This document shows positions 35,451-44,243 of a stretch of DNA of 64,000 nucleotides, in pieces. The notes below the pieces were generated by a model. The model searched no databases, was not told the DNA's origin, and saw only the letters and a list, made by a program, of their open reading frames with translations. A program made the translations under genes and the position numbers. Each line of letters starts with the position of its first letter. Position 1 is the first letter of the stretch. The stretch is from assembly GCA_041658665.1 (NCBI GenBank), contig JBAZZR010000003.1, positions 4,125 to 68,124 on the forward strand, given 5' to 3'. This stretch comes from Patescibacteria group bacterium (GTDB lineage Bacteria; Patescibacteriota; Patescibacteriia; Patescibacteriales; UBA12465).

Positions 35451-35475
35451 AAAAAAGAGGCCGATAATCGGCCTC
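35451..35475 (-). terminator. Rho-independent terminator after the CorA-like gene
   Basis: gaggccg 35457-35463 / cggcctc 35469-35475. The A-run 35451-35456 is a T-run on the minus strand. Confidence 0.75.
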
Positions 35476-35512
35476 ACAGGAATAAACTAATAATAAAATA
35501 AACTTTAAAATT

Positions 35513-36475
35513 TTACAACCATTTTTTACTCTTAAAAAATCCTAACATACCTAAAGTTCCCGCTAACATAAGAGCAATAATTAGCCAAAATCCGTAAGGA
35601 TGATTAACTAAAGGCATAGCGGCCGTCCGCATACTGAAAATAGTGGCGACTAAAGTAAGAGGGAAAACTATGACCGAAAAAATAGTCAAGGTTTTCATGA
35701 TATCGGTCATACGATCATTTAAAAATGATTCATTAGTATTGTTAAGTACTTCCACCATTTCTTTTTGATTATCTAAAATTTCCCAAATTCGCTTAGAGTG
35801 ATCAACTAGGCCGGCATAATATTTTTGAATCGCTTTTTTCTCGACTAAACTACTTTCCATCTCGACCAGTTTTTGTAGAATATTTTTATGATTTTGAATA
35901 ATTTTTCGGATATTAACGATATTGCGCCGCAGAGTCAAAATCTGCCTAACCGCCTGGCTCTGTTGATCGGAAAAAATAAGATCTTCGATTTCGTTTATCC
36001 GAACGCTATTTTCGTCGAGCAGCTGATAACAGCCATCGATTAAATGTCCTAGAATTTCATACAAAAGAATCGCGGAGGACTCTAGGGAATAAGATAAAAG
36101 GGAATCGGGGCTCTTCTTACCTAAATTAAAAAAAGTAGATAAAACTTGCAAACTATTATTATTCACCGTAATCAAAAAACCGTGACCCACAAAAAAATCT
36201 ACCTCCGCCGCTACTATTTTATCGTTTTTAAAAAGGGGAAAATGTAAAACCAAACAAAGATAGTCTGAACCACGAAAAATCATGGGACGCTGAAAAGAAA
36301 CGGAGGCCGCGGCAACCTTCAAATGGACTAAATCAAACTTATAATTTTTACGGAGATAATCAATTTCATTCTTACCGGCATTAATAATATGAACCCATTT
36401 TAATAAGGCCGGAGTTTTAGGATTATCAATTTTTAATTCCTCAATCCGGTCGGTAATTTTTTTATAATTAGACAT
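35513..36475 (-). CDS. CorA-family divalent-cation channel-like protein with non-canonical pore motif
   Basis: CorA-like cytoplasmic domain and two C-terminal TM helices ending KSKKWL. The position of the YGMNF signature reads FSMRT. Confidence 0.65.
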   Translation of the reverse strand: MSNYKKITDRIEELKIDNPKTPALLKWVHIINAGKNEIDYLRKNYKFDLVHLKVAAASVSFQRPMIFRGSDYLCLVLHFPLFKNDKIVAAEVDFFVGHGFLITVNNNSLQVLSTFFNLGKKSPDSLLSYSLESSAILLYEILGHLIDGCYQLLDENSVRINEIEDLIFSDQQSQAVRQILTLRRNIVNIRKIIQNHKNILQKLVEMESSLVEKKAIQKYYAGLVDHSKRIWEILDNQKEMVEVLNNTNESFLNDRMTDIMKTLTIFSVIVFPLTLVATIFSMRTAAMPLVNHPYGFWLIIALMLAGTLGMLGFFKSKKWL

Positions 36476-36546
36476 AAAAATACCAAAAAATTAATTGACT
36501 AAAGTTAGCGCGTATAATAAAATCAAGATATGAATTATTATAACAT

Positions 36547-37728
36547 ATGGTCAATATTTTGGGAATAAACTTAAGCGATTTAAAGCGTTTCGAAATAGCC
36601 AAAAAAATTGAGGAATTTCTCGAACAAAAAGAACGGCATTATCTAGTCACTCCCAACCCCGAAATTATTCTGGCGTCTCATCAAGACGAGGAATTATTCT
36701 ATATTCTCAATAAAGCGGATCTCGCAATCGCCGATGGTTTTGGTTTAAAATTAGCCGGCCATTTTTACGGCGAAAATATTCCCCGCTTAACTGGAGCGGA
36801 TCTAACTTTAGATTTACTAGAACTAGCTAAAAATAGAGGCCTTAAAATAGCTATTTTAAATTGGCGAGCCGGCTTATCAAATAAAAAAATTTTAACGGCC
36901 GCTCTAACGAAAAAATATCCTGGCCTCTTAACATTAATCCTGGACTTAGATCGCACTCCGACTCTGCCGCCAGCCGCCATCACGGACTTAAATAATTTTG
37001 CGCCTCAAATACTCTTTGTTACTTTCGGCTCACCTTACCAAGAAAAAATTATCTATCATAACTTGGCGAAATTAACGACGATAAAATTAGCCCTCGGCGT
37101 CGGCGGCGCTTTTGATTTTATTAGCGGCCAAGCTAACCGCGCCCCTAAATTTTTAAGACAAGCCGGCTTAGAATGGTTATGGCGCCTCGCTGAGCAACCG
37201 CGCCGCTTAAAACGAATTTATAACGCCACCATCGTCTTTTTATATAAAATAATACGCGCGCGTTTTATCAACCAATTCTTATACCGATCAAATGTCGTCT
37301 GCTTCTTATATAAGAAAAAAAATAATATTTATCAAGTGGCGATTGTCCAAAGAGAAGATAATCATAACCATTGGCAATTACCCCAGGGTGGCCGAGACGG
37401 ACAAACCGTGGCGACCGCCGGCGCTCGGGAAATGGCGGAAGAATTAGGCACAAATAAATTTATCACTAAAGCTATTTTTGAAAATGTCAGTCGTTATAAT
37501 TTTTGGGGCGAGGGAAGCCGAAGAAGATATCAACGTAATTATAAAGGACAAAAACAGAGTCTTTATATAGCCGAATTTACTGGGCAAGACCGAGATATTA
37601 AAATAAACTTTTGGGATCATACCGCCTGGCGCTGGGTCGAAACCGATAAATTAATAGAGTCTGTCCACCCGCACCGGCAAGAATCGACTCGGATATTCTT
37701 AGATAAATTTAAATCATTAAACGCTTAA
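36547..37728 (+). CDS. Fusion protein: WecG/TagA/CpsF-family (GT26) glycosyltransferase plus C-terminal Nudix hydrolase domain
   Basis: N-terminal part has NPEIILAS, ADGFGL, FGSPYQEK, GVGGAFDFISGQANRAPKF and GLEWLWRLAEQPRRL. C-terminal part has WQLPQGGRDGQTVATAGAREMAEELG (Nudix box core REMAEELG). Confidence 0.75.
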   Translation: MVNILGINLSDLKRFEIAKKIEEFLEQKERHYLVTPNPEIILASHQDEELFYILNKADLAIADGFGLKLAGHFYGENIPRLTGADLTLDLLELAKNRGLKIAILNWRAGLSNKKILTAALTKKYPGLLTLILDLDRTPTLPPAAITDLNNFAPQILFVTFGSPYQEKIIYHNLAKLTTIKLALGVGGAFDFISGQANRAPKFLRQAGLEWLWRLAEQPRRLKRIYNATIVFLYKIIRARFINQFLYRSNVVCFLYKKKNNIYQVAIVQREDNHNHWQLPQGGRDGQTVATAGAREMAEELGTNKFITKAIFENVSRYNFWGEGSRRRYQRNYKGQKQSLYIAEFTGQDRDIKINFWDHTAWRWVETDKLIESVHPHRQESTRIFLDKFKSLNA

Positions 37729-37747
37729 AACTCTAAACTTTAAAAAT

Positions 37748-39202
37748 ATGTTTTTTACTAATAATAAAATCCGCTTACGCTTCGCGCCGTCGCCAACCGG
37801 TTTTTTACATATCGGTAATTTGCGTTCCGCTCTTTTTGGCTACCTCTTAGCTAAAAGTTGGGGCGGAAAATTTATCTTACGTCTGGAAGATACTGACCAA
37901 AAAAGAGAAGTGGCGGGAGCAGCCGCTAGTTTAATCGCTATTTTACAATGGATTGGCGTAAAATTTGACGAAGGTTATGGGACGGGCGGCCAGTACGGTC
38001 CATACGTCCAAAGCGAACGCTTGAATATTTATCATAAATTAATCGACCAACTCCTTAAAGAAAAAAAGGTCTATCGCTGTTTCTGTAGCGAAGAACGTTT
38101 AAAAGAAATGCGCGACCGCCAGATCGCTCAAAAACAGGCGCCCCGCTATGATCGTGCTTGTCGGGAGTTAAGTTCTGAAGAAGGGGAGCGTCGTATTAAA
38201 GCGGGAGAACAGTTCGTCATCCGCCAAAAAATGCCGCTTTCCGGCGAGGTTCTTGTCTTCGATGAACTGCGCGGTGAAATTAAATTTTCAGCGGCTGACT
38301 TAGACGACCACGTTTTAATAAAATCCGATGGCGTCCCGACTTATCAATTTGCTAACATCGTCGACGATCATTTAATGGCCATTTCTCACGTTACTCGAGG
38401 CGACGAGTGGTTACCATCATATCCTAAAAATATTTTATTATACGAAGCTTTCGGTTGGACGCCGCCGAAATTTATTCATCTCCCCCTCATCCTTAATAAA
38501 ACGGGCGGAAAACTTAGCAAACGACAAGGCGATGTTTTCGTAGAACAATATAAAGATAAAGGTTATTTGCCGGAAGCGATTATTAATTTCTGTGTGCTCC
38601 TCGGCTGGCATCCTAAAAGTGATAAAGAGCTTTGGTCGCTGTCAGAATTAAAAAAAGAATTTTCGCTGGCTGGCCTCGGCGCCAGTCCCGCCGTTTTCGA
38701 CGCGGAAAAATTAGATTATTATAATGGTTATTATTTGCGCCAAAAATCTTTACCAGAATTAAGCGCTTTATGTCGACCCTATCTAGAAAACGCTGGGCGA
38801 GCGATTACTAACGAGAAACAACTCGAAAAATTTGTCAGCCTCGCCCAGGATCGTTTAAAAAAATTAAACGAGATTGTCGAATTGACTGATTTTTTGTACT
38901 CTTTGCCGTCTTACGAGCCACAATTATTATCTTGGAAAACCCAGACTCTCGAAACGGCGCGCGCTAATTTACAAGAAATAAAAAGGGAACTAGAAAAAAT
39001 AGCGGCGTCTGACTGGCGAAAAGAAAACTTAGAAAAAATTATTCTCACCTGGATAAAAGACGGGAATCGAAAAAATGGCGATTATCTGTGGCCGCTTCGA
39101 GTCGCTTTAACCGGACTAAAAAATAGCCCCGGCCCATTTGAAGTAGCGGACGCTCTAGGCAAACTTGAATCAATAAATAGATTAAACCGTTGTTTTATCT
39201 AA
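37748..39202 (+). CDS. gltX: Glutamyl-tRNA synthetase
   Basis: RFAPSPTGFLHIGN (HIGH), KLSKRQ (KMSKS) and a class I Glu/Gln-RS core. Confidence 0.92.
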   Translation: MFFTNNKIRLRFAPSPTGFLHIGNLRSALFGYLLAKSWGGKFILRLEDTDQKREVAGAAASLIAILQWIGVKFDEGYGTGGQYGPYVQSERLNIYHKLIDQLLKEKKVYRCFCSEERLKEMRDRQIAQKQAPRYDRACRELSSEEGERRIKAGEQFVIRQKMPLSGEVLVFDELRGEIKFSAADLDDHVLIKSDGVPTYQFANIVDDHLMAISHVTRGDEWLPSYPKNILLYEAFGWTPPKFIHLPLILNKTGGKLSKRQGDVFVEQYKDKGYLPEAIINFCVLLGWHPKSDKELWSLSELKKEFSLAGLGASPAVFDAEKLDYYNGYYLRQKSLPELSALCRPYLENAGRAITNEKQLEKFVSLAQDRLKKLNEIVELTDFLYSLPSYEPQLLSWKTQTLETARANLQEIKRELEKIAASDWRKENLEKIILTWIKDGNRKNGDYLWPLRVALTGLKNSPGPFEVADALGKLESINRLNRCFI

Positions 39203-39232
39203 ACTATATTCGTTTTATTTAAGCTATATTCT

Positions 39233-40222
39233 ATGTTATCGCAACTTTTAAACCATAAATATTTAAATCATCAATATCTAAAAAAATATTTATTCATTTT
39301 CCTAATTTTTGGTCTTGGACTCATAACCGGATTAATTTTCCTGCCGCCCAAAAAAATAAACACAGACTCTGATAGCAATCGTCAGTTAGGCTTCCGCCTT
39401 ATCAGCCCGCTTCTAGAATGCAACGAAAGCGCCAGTAATAATCAAGCATCAGCCCTAGAAAACGAGCTACAAGATCTAATTAATAAACGGATTAGCCGGG
39501 GAGAAATTAAAAATGCTTCTTTATACTACCGCGACCTTAACAACGGCCCCTGGATAAATATAAACGGCGACCAAAAATTTTCGCCCTCCAGCTTACTAAA
39601 AGTTCCAATTTTAATAGCCTATTTAAAAATCGCCGAAAGCGATCCGAGCATTTTTAATAAAAAAATAACCATTAACCAAACAGACAATATATCGGACATC
39701 AGCCAAAATATTATTCCTTTAAAACAGGTCCAAATCGGCAACGAATATACTGTGAACGAATTACTGGAATATATGATTGAGTATTCTGATAACATCGCCG
39801 CTAATAGCTTAATTCAAAATTGCCCCACCGCAATTTTAGATAATGTCTATGCTGATTTAAATTTAGCTAATCCTCTTAGCGGTAATAGTGAAAATTTCAT
39901 GACGGTTAAAACCTATTCTTTATTTTTTAGAATTTTATATAACGCTTCATATTTAAATCGGGAAATGTCAGAAAAGGCCTTAACTCTGCTGACCAGAACT
40001 AATTACTATAGCGGTCTAGTCGCGGGAGTGCCCCTCAACGTGCCCCTTGCCCATAAATTTGGGGAAAGAGGCTTGCCGGAAGGAAAACAACTTCATGATT
40101 GTGGAATAATCTATAAAACCAGCCGTCATTATTTACTTTGTATTATGACTAGAGGCGATGATTTTAATCTGATGAAAAATGTCATTAAAGATCTTTCTAA
40201 GATAATCTATGAAAAACAATAA
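39233..40222 (+). CDS. Membrane-anchored class A beta-lactamase-fold serine hydrolase
   Basis: TM anchor, SLLK (SxxK), YSDNIAAN (SDN) and HKFGE in the KTG position. Confidence 0.6.
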   Translation: MLSQLLNHKYLNHQYLKKYLFIFLIFGLGLITGLIFLPPKKINTDSDSNRQLGFRLISPLLECNESASNNQASALENELQDLINKRISRGEIKNASLYYRDLNNGPWININGDQKFSPSSLLKVPILIAYLKIAESDPSIFNKKITINQTDNISDISQNIIPLKQVQIGNEYTVNELLEYMIEYSDNIAANSLIQNCPTAILDNVYADLNLANPLSGNSENFMTVKTYSLFFRILYNASYLNREMSEKALTLLTRTNYYSGLVAGVPLNVPLAHKFGERGLPEGKQLHDCGIIYKTSRHYLLCIMTRGDDFNLMKNVIKDLSKIIYEKQ

Positions 40223-40269
40223 TTTACAAAAATTACAAAATATGTTATACTGTAATAAATTGTAAGAAC

Positions 40270-41499
40270 ATGATTAAAAAATTAGCTAAAATAAGTCTCT
40301 TGTTAATACTTCTATCAGCAATATTTTATATAGCGCCTCTAGTTTATAGCGCCTATAACAGTCCGGACAAAGAAATTGACGATTTAAATATTAAAATTCA
40401 AAATCAAAAAAAACAATTAGAAATAATTCGTTCCAAACAACGCGCTTATCAAGAACAGATTAACTTAAAAAAACAAGACCGTCTTAATTTAAGTAACCAA
40501 TTATCAATAATAGAAGACCGGCTAGCTCAGGCTAATTTAGATATTGATAGCGTTAACTTAGAAATAGACAAACTTGGCCTCGAAATAAAAAAAATCGAGA
40601 TTGACAGTAGTAATACCGATAAAAAAATCGAAGACCAAAAACAACACATTGGTAATTTATTACAATCAATGTATAAGCAAGATCAAGTATCCTCACTGGA
40701 GATGTTACTACTCAATAATTCACTATCAGATTTTTTAAACCAAATAAAATATCTAGAAGAAACAAATCAAGAAATTGGTAATAGCGTCGCTACGCTCAGA
40801 AATAATAAAAAAGAACTAGACCAAAACAAACTCAGCCTTGATCAAAAAAATCAGGAGTTTTTGGAATTAAAAAAACAATTAGAAGACAAACAGGATAATT
40901 TAAGTTATGAACAAAAAAATAAAAATTACTTATTAGAAGAAACTCGCTCTTCGGAACAAGAATATCAAAATCTCTTACAACGAGCGAAAAGGGAACAACA
41001 ACAAGCGGAAACCGATATCGCTAATGCCGAACAGCTCATCCGACAAAAGATGTCGGAAAAAGAAAGAAACCGTTTAAATAACGGGAACAATACGATTGCT
41101 TGGCCCGTACCGGTTAATACTATTGTCGCCCGCTTCCATGATCCGGATTATCCCTATCGCCGACTTATCGGCGAACATTCCGCCGTTGATATTCGAGCTA
41201 AACAGGGAACAGCGATTAGCGCCGCGGCGGATGGGTATGTAGCTAAAGTAAAATTCGATGGCAGCAGCCGATACGCTTATATTATGCTTATTCATGGGGA
41301 TGGTTTAGCGACCGTTTACGGACACGTTTCCGCCGCTTATGTTATCGCCGATCAATATGTCACGCGGGGTCAAATAATCGGCCGAACGGGCGGCATGCCG
41401 GGTGGGGCTGGTTCCGGACCATTTACTACTGGTCCTCATCTTCATTTTGAAGTGCGTTTAAATGGTCTGCCCGTCAATCCGGAATCTTATCTGCCATAA
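40270..41499 (+). CDS. M23 family peptidoglycan metallo-endopeptidase with long N-terminal coiled coil (EnvC-like)
   Basis: Signal/anchor, about 250 aa of heptad-rich Q/E/K sequence, then HSAVDIRA, YGH and GPHLHFEVRLNG. Confidence 0.85.
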   Translation: MIKKLAKISLLLILLSAIFYIAPLVYSAYNSPDKEIDDLNIKIQNQKKQLEIIRSKQRAYQEQINLKKQDRLNLSNQLSIIEDRLAQANLDIDSVNLEIDKLGLEIKKIEIDSSNTDKKIEDQKQHIGNLLQSMYKQDQVSSLEMLLLNNSLSDFLNQIKYLEETNQEIGNSVATLRNNKKELDQNKLSLDQKNQEFLELKKQLEDKQDNLSYEQKNKNYLLEETRSSEQEYQNLLQRAKREQQQAETDIANAEQLIRQKMSEKERNRLNNGNNTIAWPVPVNTIVARFHDPDYPYRRLIGEHSAVDIRAKQGTAISAAADGYVAKVKFDGSSRYAYIMLIHGDGLATVYGHVSAAYVIADQYVTRGQIIGRTGGMPGGAGSGPFTTGPHLHFEVRLNGLPVNPESYLP

Positions 41500-41525
41500 A
41501 CATATCTACTATAACTAAAAAAAAT

Positions 41526-41552
41526 AACCCAGTAAATTTTACTGGGTTTTTT
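41526..41552. terminator. Rho-independent terminator between convergent genes (bidirectional)
   Basis: aacccagtaaa 41526-41536 / tttactgggtt 41538-41548, T-run to 41552, with an A-run 41517-41524 for the minus strand. Confidence 0.8.
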
Positions 41553-41570
41553 CAAAAAATGTAATTATGG

Positions 41571-41966
41571 TTACGTCGGCCAAACGTTAGTTTTGATGAA
41601 GGTTTTGATTTTTTCCACTAATTTAGAGATCAAATTATCGGTTGGCTTCGTAAAATAATCCGTCGCCCCAGCTGTCAGGCACTCCTCTTTTGACGCCAAA
41701 GTCGACAGAGCAACAATCGGCATATTTTCGTATAGCTCTCTAATTTTACTGACATTTTTCAGGTCGCTATCAAGGCGAAGTGCCGCTATACTAACAATCA
41801 AAAGATCGGGTTTGTTTTCCTCTAGTAATTTAAACACTTGCGTTGGTAAACTACTATCACTGGTAATATCAACTAAAGGAGAGAGAAAATGTCCTAACAG
41901 TATAGATAGAACAACTCGACTATTTTCATAGTCGTCAATGATTAATATTTTTAATTGTTGATCCAT
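41571..41966 (-). CDS. Stand-alone response-regulator receiver domain with Ser at the phospho-acceptor position
   Basis: ILIIDDYE acidic pair, ALST (Thr/Ser position) and YFTKP (Lys) are present. The PDLLIVS block has Ser where CheY has Asp57. Confidence 0.65.
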   Translation of the reverse strand: MDQQLKILIIDDYENSRVVLSILLGHFLSPLVDITSDSSLPTQVFKLLEENKPDLLIVSIAALRLDSDLKNVSKIRELYENMPIVALSTLASKEECLTAGATDYFTKPTDNLISKLVEKIKTFIKTNVWPT

Positions 41967-42104
41967 TTTTGAACTCCTTCTATTTTGAATTTATAATTTG
42001 TTAAAGAATAGTTTATCTTACCTAATTTAATCAATTATGTCAACAGTTAAAATTTTCATTTTTTTATATTAACAAGGCTATGAATTAGGGAGGGATATCA
42101 ATAT

Positions 42105-43061
42105 TTAAAACTTCCGTCCCTCGTGAACCTTGCGATGAATATCTCTTAATTGTTTATTAGTCACATGCGTATAAATCTGAGTCGTCGCAATATTGCTATG
42201 ACCTAAAAATTCTTGGACCGTCCTTAAGTCGACGCCTTGATTAAGCAAATCAGTCGCAAAAGAATGTCTTAAAGTATGCGGCGTGGCCATAACCGGTAGA
42301 CCACTTATTTTAACATATTTTTTAACGATATCTTCCACGCTTTTAACCGTTAAACGACGAGATTTATCGCCTTTTTGAGCTCCGCGCCGGTAATTAATAA
42401 AGAGGGCCTCGTCCAAGTCCTTCCTTTCTTTAAGATAGGCTCTTAAAGCCTCAACCGCTCGACCAGAAAAATAAACCGTCCTAATTTTACTGCCCTTACC
42501 AACCACCGCGGTCTCAATATCCTTTGTTTCGTCCTTAATCCTCAACTGATCGCAATCTAAGGCCACTAGTTCAGCGACCCGCAGACCGGTAGAAAATAGC
42601 GTCTCTAGTAAAGCGCGATCCCGTAAACCAATAATCGAAGCGGCGCTCGGCGAAGATAAGAGACGCGATAACTGTTCTAGTTTTAAAAATTTTATTTCTT
42701 TATCGGCTTTATCTTTAGCTAGCTTTACTTTAGAAGGCGGCAGGGAATTGATATCTTTTTCGACAAAAAACTCTAATAAAGAACGCAAAGCGATTAAATA
42801 ATAATTTTGGGTAGTTTTTTTTAAGGTTTTTCTGGTCTTAGGGTCTGAATGTCTAGATAAGTATACTTTATATTGCCAAATATGTTCCGGCGTCAGGGAA
42901 GCGGGTTCTAGGGCCTCTAACTTAGTTTCTTTAAGCCAGCCAAAGAACTTTCGCAAGAAGCGGGTATAATTTTCCTGAGTCTTAGAAGATAAGCCTTTTT
43001 CCACCTCACAATAATCAAGAAAGTCAATTAAATATTTAATGATGGCTTTATTCTGATTCAT
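42105..43061 (-). CDS. Tyrosine recombinase, XerC/XerD type
   Basis: SAM-like N-domain. Catalytic residues in GLRVAEL (Arg), HTLRHSFAT (HxxR) and LGHSNIATTQIYTH (His, Tyr). Confidence 0.85.
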   Translation of the reverse strand: MNQNKAIIKYLIDFLDYCEVEKGLSSKTQENYTRFLRKFFGWLKETKLEALEPASLTPEHIWQYKVYLSRHSDPKTRKTLKKTTQNYYLIALRSLLEFFVEKDINSLPPSKVKLAKDKADKEIKFLKLEQLSRLLSSPSAASIIGLRDRALLETLFSTGLRVAELVALDCDQLRIKDETKDIETAVVGKGSKIRTVYFSGRAVEALRAYLKERKDLDEALFINYRRGAQKGDKSRRLTVKSVEDIVKKYVKISGLPVMATPHTLRHSFATDLLNQGVDLRTVQEFLGHSNIATTQIYTHVTNKQLRDIHRKVHEGRKF

Positions 43062-43219
43062 AAATTAATTATAGCATGATTACCGAGAGAAAACAGCGGG
43101 GGATTAAGAAAAAACATCACTATTTACTAGGCTTTAGACCCAACAATACTTCGCATAATGTATATTAATACACGTATATAGAGAACCAAAACAAAGGCGT
43201 CATAGACGCCAGAGTTCCG

Positions 43220-43360
43220 CTAACTTATAATTAGTCCCATTAAATGAACTTCCGGCTGGAACATTAAGACTATTTTTATGATGAGCAGAAAAAATCCAAC
43301 TGTCGCTAGACAAAAAACGAATACCGCTAAACCAAATAAAAATTTAAAAAATCCTTCCAT
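43220..43360 (-). CDS. Possible 46-aa hydrophobic micro-protein (not in ORF track)
   Basis: My translation of the minus strand gives MEGFFKFLFGLAVFVFCLATVGFFLLIIKIVLMFQPEVHLMGLIIS, with the ATG at 43360 and the stop at 43220-43222. It lies in the 305-nt gap between the FtsQ-like and Xer genes, in the same orientation. Confidence 0.25.
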   Translation of the reverse strand: MEGFFKFLFGLAVFVFCLATVGFFLLIIKIVLMFQPEVHLMGLIIS

Positions 43361-43366
43361 ATAGTT

Positions 43367-44239
43367 TTATTTAAAATCCGGATTAATATAGATCCGGTCG
43401 CCATAGCGAAGATCAATATAATTCGTCTTACTAAAATTATCCTTTATTTTTTCTTTTTTGACAAGCGCCAAATAATTGACTTGATTTTCCGCCGATCCTT
43501 TAACATTAAAATAAACTGTCGGACCCTTAACTATTTTTAACTTAACCGTATTGAATTCTTGATCGATAATAAATTTTTCTATCGGCAAATCCGGCTTCAG
43601 CTTGATTAAGCTATCTAATTTAAAAATAAAACTTAAATATTCGGCTGACAGGGCTAGTTTATTGCGTTCATCGATTAAACTCCGGGCGCTACGATTTTCT
43701 AAAATAAAATATTTTTTCTTCGTCTCTTCGCTAACCGCTTGCTCTTTAATAATATAGGCGTCCGGGGAAGCATAAAAAAAGGCACTTCCCTCTTGAAAAA
43801 TAAAAGCGTACGGCCTTTCACTGATAATTAAGCGCAAAGTATGCGGTAATTTTCTTTCGACTTTTACTCCGGCAAAATTATAATTAGCCATTATTTTACT
43901 GGTCAAATCAGCTTGATTAAATAAAAAAATATTAGCTTCTTTAAAAAAAAGATACCGGGGCTGTAAAGTTTGCTTCCAAACAATATTCTCTAATTCCTGG
44001 CTAGGCACGAGCGAAAGACCCTCCACGGTCAAACGCTGTATCGCCCAAAGCGGCGCAGCGCCAAAAAACCAAATCAAAATAGAAAACAATATTACTAAGC
44101 CCCCTAAAATAACCGGCCAAAAACTAGTCCAGGATCTAGCTCCTTGACGCTGTTTAAAAAAGGGATTACTGAGGTTCTTACGCTGATAATCTTTTTTAAT
44201 TTTTTTATAATGATTGTTGAATAAATTTTTCGCCAGCAT
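43367..44239 (-). CDS. ftsQ: Cell-division protein FtsQ/DivIB-like (TM plus POTRA)
   Basis: Basic N-terminus, TM helix (FWPVILGGLVILFSILIWFF) and POTRA-like IQRLTVEGLSLVPSQELENIV ... KLPHTLRLIISERPYAF. Confidence 0.65.
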   Translation of the reverse strand: MLAKNLFNNHYKKIKKDYQRKNLSNPFFKQRQGARSWTSFWPVILGGLVILFSILIWFFGAAPLWAIQRLTVEGLSLVPSQELENIVWKQTLQPRYLFFKEANIFLFNQADLTSKIMANYNFAGVKVERKLPHTLRLIISERPYAFIFQEGSAFFYASPDAYIIKEQAVSEETKKKYFILENRSARSLIDERNKLALSAEYLSFIFKLDSLIKLKPDLPIEKFIIDQEFNTVKLKIVKGPTVYFNVKGSAENQVNYLALVKKEKIKDNFSKTNYIDLRYGDRIYINPDFK

Positions 44240-44243
44240 TTCA

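Noticed and set aside
42105-43061. Tyrosine recombinase as the integrase of a mobile element or prophage
   Set aside because: The sequence looks like a chromosomal XerC/XerD (SAM-like N-domain, full R-H-R-Y set). Neighbours are cell-division and housekeeping genes. I found no flanking direct repeats, tRNA target or phage genes.
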